A DNA stretch of 49,695 nt from assembly GCA_964418085.1 (NCBI GenBank), contig CAYQKB010000001.1, forward strand, positions 1-49,695, read 5' to 3'. The position numbers and the translations under genes were made by a program. Origin of the DNA: an uncultured Candidatus Saccharibacteria bacterium. Its GTDB lineage: Bacteria > Patescibacteriota > Minisyncoccia > UBA6257 > 2-01-FULL-56-20. Below, in pieces: positions 41,379 to 49,695 of this stretch. Numbering within the stretch: the first letter of the stretch is position 1; every line of letters begins with the position of its first letter. Below the pieces are notes generated by a model. That model was not told where the DNA came from and did no database searches. It saw only the letters and a list, made by a program, of their open reading frames with translations.

Positions 41379-43409
41379 ATGATTTCTCGCGAGACAATTC
41401 AAAAGATCCTAGAGACCGCCGTCCACGCCCCCTCTGGCGAAAACTCCCAACCGTGGAAATTTGTTGTTGAAGGCGATCAAATCAAAATATTTAATATCCC
41501 CGAGAGAGATGAATCACTATACAATGTAGACCAAAAAGGATCGTTCGTTGCTCACGGCGCACTTTTAGAGAATATCTTGATAGCATCTTCCGTGGCTGGA
41601 TACAAAGCAAGCTACAAACTGTTTCCTGATAATAGCGATAAAAATTTGGTCGCAATAGTATCATTTTTTGAATCTTCTCCTCGCGAAGAGCAGCTTTATC
41701 CCTTCATCACTAAGCGTTCCACCAATAGAAAACCGTATGAGGTAAAACCACTAAGCGAACAACAAGTTAGTGAATTGATTAATGTTTCTCAAGAAATAGG
41801 AGGAGGAATAGTAAAGTTTATAACTGACCGAAATAAAATAGAGCAACTTGCAGAAGCGGCAAGTGCGAATGAGAAAGTAATGTTTAGCAATAAATATCTG
41901 CATAACTTCTTTTTTACTCACATCAACTGGACAGAAAATGAAGAACGGGAAAAGAGGGTTGGATTTTATATAAAGGCGCTTGAAATGCCTGCGCCTGCCC
42001 AAAAAGCAATGAAACTTTTTAAGCATTGGCCGATTATGAAAGTCCTTAGCAAGTTAGGCTTAGCGAATAAAATTGCCCAAGAGAATACAAAGGGATTTAT
42101 GGCATCGGCAGCAATCGGAGCTGTTTTGGGGGACGGCGATACGCCAAGTGATTATGTTGCCACCGGAAGATTGATGCAACGACTTTGGCTAAAGGCAACA
42201 AAAATGGGTCTAAGTATACAACCTTTAACAGGAGCTTTGTTTCTCTATAAAAATATGGCGAAGCGGGAAAGCAATAAATTTTCTGCGAACCAAATTGAAA
42301 TCTTGGAAAATGCCAATACCACAATAAAGGCCGCGTTTGATGTTCAGAAAAAAACAATCGCGATGATGTTTCGGATTGGCCATGGCGACGCGCCGACAGC
42401 TCGCTCGATGAAATTAGCGCCGATTATTTTAAATGGCAGCGAAAAAACAGAGCCGACCAAAAAAAATCCTGAAGTTTTGACTACGAGGAAGGGAATAATT
42501 AATCATATTCTTGCGGATTTAAAAATCCTGGAAAACAATCCGTCTTTTCATAATAAGTATGCTATCCGAGAAAATATTGCCTTTTTCGAAGCAATCAAAT
42601 CCGTTCCAAATTATATAAAGTGGCTCGTCCAGAAGGCGGGAAAACTGGATCGAACAAAACTTTTAGAACTTACTGATTTTCCGTTTCCAAAATGGGATCG
42701 GGAAATGCATCGAAAGTTGATAGAAATGGAGAAAAAAGATTTTCCTGGACTTGTAGCCCCGCTGGTTAATAGGGTTACTGAACTCATTCTGGCAAAAAAA
42801 GACCGCTTTATCGGAGTAGGGCTTGGATGCGGAGGAATGGAAGTTGAACGACAAGTTATCAAAAAGCTACTGGAAAAGAATCATCCGCATCAAGTTGTTC
42901 TAATTGGGGTGGACAAATCTCCTGTTACTCATGAAGTCGCGAGGGAAAACTTGCGCGAAGTAGAGCCGCATATTGATATTCATGAAATAGAAAATCTGAA
43001 TTCATCTTCACTCGAAAATTTGCTAAAAGGAGATAAACATAGACACATAGTCATACTTTGCAAAAACGATATATTCAAACTTCCGGAGCATTTCCCGCCT
43101 CAATTTTTTGATGTCATCTACCATTCATTATTCAAGCATCATCTAATGGGCAATCACAAAGCAGAAATGGACTCGGTCGTAACTTCGCTTAGGAAATGCG
43201 GTCTCGAGTATGATGGTTTCAAAAATTGGCCGATAATAATCCCTCAAACTTTAACCGGCTGGAGTCATCCCGCGTTTTTTAATGCAGAAATATTCTCTAA
43301 CTTTAGGTTTCTAGAAAAACATGAATTAATGAAAATTTATAGTGGGTTAAAATTATCTTTTTTTAAACGAACTGGCACATATCTATTAGAACACCGCCAC
43401 GAAGGATGA
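41379..43409 (+). CDS. Fusion of an Acg-type double nitroreductase-like domain with a C-terminal SAM-methyltransferase-like domain
   Basis: N-terminus TIQKILETAVHAPSGENSQPWKF and ITKRSTNRKPY. The C-terminal half has FIGVGLGCGGMEV (motif-I-like) and VLIGVDKSP. Confidence 0.65.
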   Translation: MISRETIQKILETAVHAPSGENSQPWKFVVEGDQIKIFNIPERDESLYNVDQKGSFVAHGALLENILIASSVAGYKASYKLFPDNSDKNLVAIVSFFESSPREEQLYPFITKRSTNRKPYEVKPLSEQQVSELINVSQEIGGGIVKFITDRNKIEQLAEAASANEKVMFSNKYLHNFFFTHINWTENEEREKRVGFYIKALEMPAPAQKAMKLFKHWPIMKVLSKLGLANKIAQENTKGFMASAAIGAVLGDGDTPSDYVATGRLMQRLWLKATKMGLSIQPLTGALFLYKNMAKRESNKFSANQIEILENANTTIKAAFDVQKKTIAMMFRIGHGDAPTARSMKLAPIILNGSEKTEPTKKNPEVLTTRKGIINHILADLKILENNPSFHNKYAIRENIAFFEAIKSVPNYIKWLVQKAGKLDRTKLLELTDFPFPKWDREMHRKLIEMEKKDFPGLVAPLVNRVTELILAKKDRFIGVGLGCGGMEVERQVIKKLLEKNHPHQVVLIGVDKSPVTHEVARENLREVEPHIDIHEIENLNSSSLENLLKGDKHRHIVILCKNDIFKLPEHFPPQFFDVIYHSLFKHHLMGNHKAEMDSVVTSLRKCGLEYDGFKNWPIIIPQTLTGWSHPAFFNAEIFSNFRFLEKHELMKIYSGLKLSFFKRTGTYLLEHRHEG

Positions 43410-43574
43410 GTCATAAATTAGTTATGAGGCAAATTTAACTTCGGCGACTAAAACCTTGCTATTTTCAGAGAAATTATGCATTATATTTCCACTCTTAGAA
43501 AAATTGCCTAGAGGGGTAGCTTTCTCTAAGACTGACCTTTGAAAACAGAAAACACCGAATAGAAAGGAAATGGT

Positions 43575-44315
43575 ATGTTGAATTTATCAATAAACAGATA
43601 TTGGCATGATGTTTTTTCTCGAATTGCCAAAACTGAAAATGCAGAAGCGAAAAACAAGCTGATCCACAACTTTTTTGAAGAAGTTTTAAAGCCCGGAAGA
43701 CTGAGGAAGTTATTGGAAGATTTCATCTGTGTGATTACAAATCTTGCCGAGCAACAACAGTATTCATATTTTCATGACAATGGTTTCCACAAGATTACGT
43801 TGTATGTTGATATGGAGAATTTGATGAAGCTGCGTTTGCACATTTGGGATCCAATAAGCGGCAAGAGAGCACCCCAGAACGTTCATAACCACAGATGGTC
43901 TTATACCTCGGCAATTCTCTTGGGTGAAATGGTTCAAAAGATATTGCGGGTATCAGATGGGGATGGTGAATGCTATCACTATAAGTATTCAGCACGCGGC
44001 ACCAAATCTTATTACAACGTCCACTCTGTTGGGCGCTGTAGTGTTGAGGTATATCAAACTGACCGACTCACGCCGGGCATGATATATTCGTTGCCTTTCA
44101 ACGTTCTGCATCAAATTGATGTCCCGAGTGATCAAACGGTCGCAACTCTGATTCTCACTCACGAAACGGATGACCTAGTGGTTAATGATTTGATTTCATC
44201 GAGAAGGTTGGATGTTGTCGAGGGAAAGATTGCCTCACCGCCATATTCAAATGAATTTTTGATTGAATTGGTGCGACAGTTTATGCATGTGCGACAGCTC
44301 AAGGGGTATGACTAA
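43575..44315 (+). CDS. Hypothetical protein with cupin-like His cluster
   Basis: A 246-aa ORF preceded by AAGGAA. Contains LRLHIWDP...NVHNHRWSYTSAILLGEM. Confidence 0.5.
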   Translation: MLNLSINRYWHDVFSRIAKTENAEAKNKLIHNFFEEVLKPGRLRKLLEDFICVITNLAEQQQYSYFHDNGFHKITLYVDMENLMKLRLHIWDPISGKRAPQNVHNHRWSYTSAILLGEMVQKILRVSDGDGECYHYKYSARGTKSYYNVHSVGRCSVEVYQTDRLTPGMIYSLPFNVLHQIDVPSDQTVATLILTHETDDLVVNDLISSRRLDVVEGKIASPPYSNEFLIELVRQFMHVRQLKGYD

Positions 44316-44336
44316 TCAATAAGGAGTTACAAACAC

Positions 44337-44381
44337 AAAAATGTGTAGCATAAGATCAACTTGCGCTACACATTTTTTTTT
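44337..44381 (+). terminator. Strong rho-independent terminator
   Basis: A 12- to 13-bp stem AAAAATGTGTAGC/GCTACACATTTTT followed by a T-run. Confidence 0.75.
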
Positions 44382-44396
44382 CTTATATTTTACTGT

Positions 44397-44975
44397 ATGG
44401 ATACAGAATATGAAGCTGTCTTTACAGGAGTTAAAGTTGAGGATGTTCAAAACAAATTGAGACAACTAGGCGCAAAACTATTAAAATCCCGGTATCTACA
44501 GAGAAGAACTACTTTGCAATTACCTATATCGCATCGGTCGGATAATAAATGGTTGCGTGTTCGAGACGAAGGAGATCGAATAACGTTAGCGCTTAAAGCT
44601 ATTGAAGGCGAGGGAATCGCTGGCCAAAAAGAACTACAGGTAAACGTAAGTTCTTATAAAGATACAGTTTTATTACTTGAAGCTATCGGAGCAGAAAAGA
44701 AATCTGAACAAGAATCATATCGGGAACTTTGGTTGTTAAATAAAGTCGAAGTCGTGATAGATGAATGGCCATTCTTACAACCATATATAGAGATTGAAGC
44801 GAAATCGGATAAAGAAGTAAGATTGGTTGCTGAAAAATTGGGTTTTTCCTGGACCGATGCGCGATTTTGCAATGTGACGAAATTGTATTCTGAAAAATAT
44901 AACACTCCAGAAAATTTCCTTGATCACGTTAAAGAATTAACTTTTGCAGGTCATAATCCTTTTATTGCAAATTAA
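44397..44975 (+). CDS. CYTH-domain protein (class IV adenylate cyclase / triphosphate tunnel metalloenzyme family)
   Basis: MDTEYEAVF (ExExK-like start), WLRVRDEGDRITLALKA and VIDEWPFLQPYIEIEA. The start was moved to the ATG at 44397 because the longer ORF runs through the terminator. Confidence 0.7.
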   Translation: MDTEYEAVFTGVKVEDVQNKLRQLGAKLLKSRYLQRRTTLQLPISHRSDNKWLRVRDEGDRITLALKAIEGEGIAGQKELQVNVSSYKDTVLLLEAIGAEKKSEQESYRELWLLNKVEVVIDEWPFLQPYIEIEAKSDKEVRLVAEKLGFSWTDARFCNVTKLYSEKYNTPENFLDHVKELTFAGHNPFIAN

Positions 44976-44986
44976 TTGAAAAAAAG

Positions 44987-45017
44987 AAAAACCCGTCATT
45001 TTCATGTCGGGCTTTTT
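44987..45017. terminator. Possible bidirectional terminator between convergent genes
   Basis: An imperfect hairpin AAAAACCCG...CGGGCTTTTTT. Confidence 0.35.
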
Positions 45018-45035
45018 TGATTTAGAGCATTTGAG

Positions 45036-45515
45036 TTATTCGATTTTCAGAATCGTCGCGGTATCGCCATCCGGTAGTTTTATTTGGTCACCAACTTTTT
45101 TCCCTAGAATTGCTCTAGATAGCGGTGCAACAAGGTTAACAGTTATGATTGCGATACCCTCAACACTCACCTCGACACCACCGATCGAGGAAACAAATAC
45201 ACAAAGTGAATGTTCTGGACAGCTCAGATAAACCACACATCCACCTCGCACAACATCCGGGATTTTGTTTGCAGTCGTCTCCTCAATTCTATCTAATGCT
45301 CGGATTTGCGATTCAAGAAGGGATTTTTTCTTTGCGTATGCAGCTTCAAGGCTTTGACTTTCTTCTTTTGCTGACCCATATCGAGTTTGCATTCTACCTT
45401 CAGCTTCAATCGCATCCGTGTTGGCAGTTTTCCTACCAACTTCTGATAAGTTAATGCTTTTCTGTAGTTCTGTTCGAATCGCCTCAATGATTTTTTTCTT
45501 TGCGATCGTTTTCAT
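45036..45515 (-). CDS. GreA/GreB-family-like protein (coiled-coil N-terminus, GreA C-terminal-like domain)
   Basis: The C-terminus VNLVAPLSRAILGKKVGDQIKLPDGDTATILKIE resembles the GreA C-terminal signature S.SP.G.AL.GK.VGD. Confidence 0.6.
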   Translation of the reverse strand: MKTIAKKKIIEAIRTELQKSINLSEVGRKTANTDAIEAEGRMQTRYGSAKEESQSLEAAYAKKKSLLESQIRALDRIEETTANKIPDVVRGGCVVYLSCPEHSLCVFVSSIGGVEVSVEGIAIITVNLVAPLSRAILGKKVGDQIKLPDGDTATILKIE

Positions 45516-46077
45516 AATCGTCTCCTAGTTTTTGTATTTCTCGAAGGATTTTCAGGACGGCCTCCTCGGGAAGGTTGTTGTTTGTGATTAGTCTTGCTCC
45601 GCTTTGAGCCATAAGGCGGAAAGTTTTTTTATCCACTCGGTTGGCTCTTTCCCATGCATCGCTACTGGCATTGCCTTCTTTGCGATTCGCGATGCGACTT
45701 TCTCTTAGTTGATGCGGCGCATCAATCAAAAATGTCAGATCGGGTATGCATATCTGAAGTCTTTGAGCGAGAGATTTTACATCGATCTTGATGCCCGCTG
45801 CTCGATGGTAACAGAGGGTCGACAAAATATATCTGTCGCAAATCACATGTGATGTTAATAAAGATCTCCGAATTTCTTCGCTTGCGTAAGATACGCTTGC
45901 CAAGTAGTAGAGGAACCTGGTTTGTAAATCTCCTTCATCAATTGTTTTTCTTATTTCGCTGATTTTCGGAGATGGGGTGCTTATAAGTATTGCGGGTAGC
46001 TTGGCGGCGAGTAGTTTGCAAAGAGTGCTTTTCCCGCTTCCCGATAAGCCCTCAAGGACAATAAAGAGTTTTTTCAT
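45484..46077 (-). CDS. P-loop nucleotide kinase (thymidylate kinase-like)
   Basis: IVLEGLSGSGKSTL P-loop at the N-terminus and size typical of dNMP kinases. The start was moved to MKKLFIVLEG. The 3' end overlaps the GreA-like start by 32 nt. Confidence 0.65.
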   Translation of the reverse strand: MKKLFIVLEGLSGSGKSTLCKLLAAKLPAILISTPSPKISEIRKTIDEGDLQTRFLYYLASVSYASEEIRRSLLTSHVICDRYILSTLCYHRAAGIKIDVKSLAQRLQICIPDLTFLIDAPHQLRESRIANRKEGNASSDAWERANRVDKKTFRLMAQSGARLITNNNLPEEAVLKILREIQKLGDDYENDRKEKNH

Positions 46078-46254
46078 AGCTTTCGGTTTTTGTCTTCTTT
46101 TCAATTCCAGACATCCTACATAGGAGTTGGAAGCTGCGCATATAATAGAATAACCTTAGTTGTTGTGTCAATCAAAAAAGCGGGCAAGCCTCACGAGTCC
46201 CAAATTACTCACAGGTAGACCTACATTGATTAGGTTTTGCTATAATACATCTAT

Positions 46255-47844
46255 ATGGGCCTATTAAACAATCTTGACTTGATCTCTGTCGCTATGGCAA
46301 TTGCTGGGATCGCCATTCTTGGATTTAGTGTTTTTTTTAACAATCGGCATAGCGCAACAAACAGGAATTTTTTATACCTTTCGTGGGCAATTATTTTCTG
46401 GAGTCTATTCACATATCTTTTCCATTATTCAAAAGACCCCGAATATTATCTTTTTCTAATCCGAATATCGTTGTTTTTCGCGGTATTATTTGCTTTTTAT
46501 CTCTTTCGTTTGGCATATGTTTTTCCAGGAGACACAATTAAACTTCCCAGTTGGTATAGAATATTAGTTTTACCGGCGGTTATAGTTGTTTTAATTTTGA
46601 CGTTGACGCCTTTCGCTCTTCAAAAAGCCGTTGCGAACCCTTCAGGAGAAAACATAGTAAATATAAATGGGCCAGGAATGGTTCTCTTTGGGATAGTTGC
46701 GGGCGGGCTCGATATAGTTGCAATTAGTCTTTTTCTCAAAAAGATGCTCTCTTCCAAGGGAGTAGAACGGAGACAAGCACTTTTTGTTCTTATTGGAGTT
46801 GGAACAATGATTGGATTGATATTGGCTTTTAGTTTCATCCTTCCCGCATTTTTTAAAATTACGAATTTTACATCACTTGGCGCAGTATTCGTTTTTCCTT
46901 TCGTTGCGTTCACTGCTTATGCAATCTATAGGCATCATTTGTTAAATGTAAAAGTTTTTACGACAGCAGCTGTAGCATTTTTGTTTACCATCGTAGGTAT
47001 TTTTGAAATCATTATTTCGAAAGATATAAATGTGCTGGTTTTCAGATCGGCTGTTTTCTTGCTCACGCTGGTATTCAGTATCCTATTGGTTAGAAGCGTT
47101 TTCAAAGAGGTCGAGCAGAAGGAAGAATTAGAGGAAAAGAATATTCAACTCGATGAACTAGGCAGATCAAGGCTTAAATTGCTCTCGATCGCGGCGCACG
47201 ATATAAAAAACCCTCTCACGATAATACGGGATTATGCCGGAATGATTTTGGACGGTACATACAAAGATGAAAAAGCCAAAGAAAAACTCGGATCGATAAA
47301 AGAAGAGTCCGATGGGCTGATGGGCCTCCTCATAACACTTCTAGATTATCGGCAAATCGTGGAGGGTAAATTGGTATGCAATCTTGAACCTATGGATTTC
47401 GGAGCGTTGGTATCTGAGGTAGTAAAAAAATATACGCCGGAGGCAGAAAGACATAAGCTTGAACTTACTCTTTCTCTGCCTGCGAAAAAAATTATGGTGA
47501 ATGGCGATGCCCCAAAGCTGAAGCAGGAAGTGTTGCAAAATTTATTAAGCAACGCCATCAAATATACGCCCGCAGGCTTCATAAAAGTTTTTCTGGAAGA
47601 AAAAAATAATGCGGTTGTTTTGTCTGTTGTGGACTCCGGATATGGAATGTCTCCAGAACTTCTATCTCATCTTTTCGAAGAATTTATTCGCGAGGAAAAA
47701 ATTGAAAAGCAGATTCGGGGAACCGGACTGGGCCTGAGTATCGCGAAAAAAATAATCGAAGCCCACGGCGGAAAAATATGGGCAGAATCTGCCGGCGAGA
47801 ATAAAGGCAGTACATTCTATGTAAGCGTACCGGAGGTTAAGTAA
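46255..47844 (+). CDS. Sensor histidine kinase with multi-pass membrane sensor region (no adjacent response regulator)
   Basis: About 7 TM helices, H-box AAHDIKNPLT, N-box LLSNAIKYTP, and G-boxes DSGYGM and GTGLGLSIAKKIIEAHGG. Confidence 0.85.
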   Translation: MGLLNNLDLISVAMAIAGIAILGFSVFFNNRHSATNRNFLYLSWAIIFWSLFTYLFHYSKDPEYYLFLIRISLFFAVLFAFYLFRLAYVFPGDTIKLPSWYRILVLPAVIVVLILTLTPFALQKAVANPSGENIVNINGPGMVLFGIVAGGLDIVAISLFLKKMLSSKGVERRQALFVLIGVGTMIGLILAFSFILPAFFKITNFTSLGAVFVFPFVAFTAYAIYRHHLLNVKVFTTAAVAFLFTIVGIFEIIISKDINVLVFRSAVFLLTLVFSILLVRSVFKEVEQKEELEEKNIQLDELGRSRLKLLSIAAHDIKNPLTIIRDYAGMILDGTYKDEKAKEKLGSIKEESDGLMGLLITLLDYRQIVEGKLVCNLEPMDFGALVSEVVKKYTPEAERHKLELTLSLPAKKIMVNGDAPKLKQEVLQNLLSNAIKYTPAGFIKVFLEEKNNAVVLSVVDSGYGMSPELLSHLFEEFIREEKIEKQIRGTGLGLSIAKKIIEAHGGKIWAESAGENKGSTFYVSVPEVK

Positions 47845-47934
47845 CCGCTGTCGATAATTCTGACTAAGCATCTCTAAATTAAGATAGGATGGAGATTTAT
47901 TTTGGGCACATACTGTGGATAAATCGCCAAACCT

Positions 47935-47964
47935 GACCACTTTTCGGCCGGCCGAAAAGTGGTC
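47935..47964. repeat. Perfect 30-nt palindrome GACCACTTTTCGGCCGGCCGAAAAGTGGTC
   Basis: Read directly from the sequence. It lies between the histidine kinase stop and the convergent terminase stop, with no T-run after it. Confidence 0.8.
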
Positions 47965-48031
47965 CCTACAAAAGAAACTATATATACAAAATAGTTATTA
48001 CATTAAAAATTGTGGAAAACTAAGAAAAACG

Positions 48032-49501
48032 CTACACCCAGCAGGTTCCGCCGTTGCTCTTTACCCAATTCTTCCATGTATCCCATGCCCGGTCGTTCTC
48101 AAGCCCTCCAATAGCATCAATGACGGCCATACTGAAAGCATCGGCGAGGTCGTCATGGTTTTCGATACCGAATCCGGTGAGTTGAGAAATCAATTCCTCT
48201 GCACCATGGCGCGGGAAAAGAATCGTGCCGTTTTGGATAAGCTCGCCCGTGAGCGCGAGCCGCGATCTTTTGTCCCCGGTATTCTTGATACCCTCAACGT
48301 TGCAACCGGCTTCATTGACCGCTTGCACGTAAATTTCTTGGAAGCCGTTTGATTCAACGATAAATTTGGGGCGCGTCCCATTTGCTTTGAATGTTATATC
48401 GAGTTCACGCATAGTGCGCACCGCTTCAGGAAAAGAAACTCTTTTATTAAATGGATTGGGAGTAACGTGCAATCTCATATCATTTCCCTGACCATAACGC
48501 TTAATCCCAACCATCGCCGTGTAATCCGCGCCGTCTCGCTGAGAAATCGCAAGATCGACGCCGATATGGACATCTCGGCATTCCGTCTTAGGAAATTCAT
48601 CGTAGTATTTGATCCATTTGGGGAAAACTACGCGCGTGTTATCGGAAACAATGTTTAAAAGATATTCCTGCTGCCACGCGATTTCGTTTGCGACGCTGTG
48701 CCGCAACTCGTCGATTTTCTCTTGCGTGTCGAACTTGCCCGGCCAGAGACAGTCGCCGTGCTCGTTGAGCAACGGAAACCATAAGTAAACACCACGCAAT
48801 TCTTTTTCCAGAATTTTTCGCTTCAGCCGCATCATCAAGGAATCTTCGTGCAAGAGATTCCCTACAATCACGATCCGCGTGCCGATATCGCCCAAGGGAA
48901 CCACTTCACGTGTAAACCAATCGAAAATCTTGTTTCTGCCCTCAAGTGTTTTTGTGGAGTTGATATCTTCAATATCGTCCAAGATAAGAAGATCGGGGCG
49001 ATGTTCGTAATGGCGCAGGCCCCGAATACTCTGGTCGATCGAAGCAATCATGATTCGGGCACCCGTGTTTTGGAACACAATTGAAGACATTGCCCATTCT
49101 CCGGCGGACTCCACGCGGAAGGGGCCGAGGTCGCTTTTAAGAAGCGGGTTGTTTTCGAGCTCACGGCGGAGATTCGCCATATGTTGTCGTGCTTGCGCCT
49201 GGGTCTGGCAAATGATGAGGACGAACTTTTTCTTCTGCACGCCAAGAATTGACCAGAGCGCATACGACAAGGTGATGAGGGTGGATTTTCCGCTTCCTCG
49301 GAACGCCACGATGCATGCGAGCCGATTCGACATATCCTCGGTGATTCGGAAAATGTCTTTCTGGAACTCAGCTACTGGATATTTGATGTAGTGTGCGAGA
49401 TAGACCGAAAAAAAGAGGAGGTGGCTTTCGCGGGCTACCGCCTGCCGCACGGCGCGGTCATTGGCAATTGCTTCAAGAAGATTGTTGCTGGTCTGTTCCA
49501 T
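48032..49501 (-). CDS. Phage terminase large subunit
   Basis: Walker A VAFRGSGKST, Walker B LLILDDIED and a C-terminal RNaseH-like nuclease half (GVDLA...DYTAM, NHDDLADAF). The ATG at 49501 is preferred over the TTG at 49510. Confidence 0.85.
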   Translation of the reverse strand: MEQTSNNLLEAIANDRAVRQAVARESHLLFFSVYLAHYIKYPVAEFQKDIFRITEDMSNRLACIVAFRGSGKSTLITLSYALWSILGVQKKKFVLIICQTQAQARQHMANLRRELENNPLLKSDLGPFRVESAGEWAMSSIVFQNTGARIMIASIDQSIRGLRHYEHRPDLLILDDIEDINSTKTLEGRNKIFDWFTREVVPLGDIGTRIVIVGNLLHEDSLMMRLKRKILEKELRGVYLWFPLLNEHGDCLWPGKFDTQEKIDELRHSVANEIAWQQEYLLNIVSDNTRVVFPKWIKYYDEFPKTECRDVHIGVDLAISQRDGADYTAMVGIKRYGQGNDMRLHVTPNPFNKRVSFPEAVRTMRELDITFKANGTRPKFIVESNGFQEIYVQAVNEAGCNVEGIKNTGDKRSRLALTGELIQNGTILFPRHGAEELISQLTGFGIENHDDLADAFSMAVIDAIGGLENDRAWDTWKNWVKSNGGTCWV

Positions 49502-49695
49502 GATTTTCAAGATTGATGTTTGCTAACTCAAGAGCTTTTCGCACCAGCTCCTTTTGTTCAGGAGAAAGCTCTTGGATCGTATTAATAGTTCCCTCAATCT
49601 CAAGTTTCGGCGCGTACTTCGGGTGGTGATGCCGAAGCCACAGTTGTACGGCTGGAAAATGCTTGTCGCGGACGAGAGAGATGAGCTGGGATTCG
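49473..49695 (-). CDS. Partial ORF (5' end outside the window), possibly a terminase small subunit
   Basis: Hand translation gives ...ESQLISLVRDKHFPAVQLWLRHHHPKYAPKLEIEGTINTIQELSPEQKELVRKALELANINLENHGTDQQQSS*. It overlaps the terminase start. The WLRHHHPKY segment resembles C-terminal motifs of small terminases. Confidence 0.3.
   Translation of the reverse strand, partial: ESQLISLVRDKHFPAVQLWLRHHHPKYAPKLEIEGTINTIQELSPEQKELVRKALELANINLENHGTDQQQSS

Noticed and set aside
44361-44396. Longer start (MRYTFFF...) for the CYTH gene
   Set aside because: It uses a non-ATG start and runs through the 3' arm and T-run of a strong terminator hairpin. The ATG at 44397 gives the canonical MDTEYE CYTH N-terminus.
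1-49695. Alternative genetic code (UGA recoding, as in some CPR lineages)
   Set aside because: Well-supported genes (def, fmt, hsdR, LamG protein, 90-aa ORF) terminate at TGA as well as TAA and TAG. They have full-length products and no in-frame TGA in conserved domains, so the standard code 11 fits.

Overview
This 49.7-kb window reads like a small-genome, Patescibacteria/CPR-like bacterial chromosome. That assignment is inferred from gene content: a type IV pilus operon, many secreted low-complexity or LamG surface proteins, few Shine-Dalgarno sites, and standard TGA/TAA/TAG stops.

Layout:
- 0.2-6.9 kb: minus-strand type IV pilus operon (pilB, pilC, four pilin-like genes including an 812-aa LVIVD/Ig giant pilin, and a major pilin).
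- 7.2-8.2 kb: membrane bPH + AlbA_2/Schlafen-like fusion.
- 8.4-9.8 kb: Ser/Thr/Gly-rich peptidoglycan-binding surface protein.
- 9.85-10.62 kb: three tandem hairpin-closed RNA-like elements in a gene-free stretch.
- 10.8-15.3 kb: ABC transporter, cupin, gpsA.
- 15.5-22.2 kb: surface-protein locus with a 4-module LamG protein and a 1032-aa fibre-like protein. Downstream lie stacked orphan LamG 3' ends, a TIR-flanked GIY-YIG mini-element and REP-like palindromes.
- 22.3-30.5 kb: PaaX-like regulator bracketed by identical 36-bp palindromes, more surface proteins, S41 peptidase, def-fmt, SOD.
- 30.57 kb: tRNA-Gln(UUG), followed by an AT-richer accessory region.
- 30.8-40.5 kb: defence island with a SIR2-like + DUF262 gene pair. 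Convergent to it is an operon of large serine recombinase, hsdM, hsdS, hsdR and an extra SPPY DNA methyltransferase.
- 40.7-47.8 kb: nitroreductase-methyltransferase-like fusion, CYTH, kinase, GreA-like protein, orphan histidine kinase.
- 48.0-49.7 kb: phage terminase genes at the right edge.

Most notable candidates:
- the uncharacterised SIR2-DUF262 pair;
- the tandem structured-RNA-like array;
- a 105-nt MITE-like element inserted exactly at two start codons with TGAA duplications;
- the serial-insertion pattern at the LamG tail motif.

Coordinates of non-ORF elements were counted by eye and may be off by 1-2 nt.
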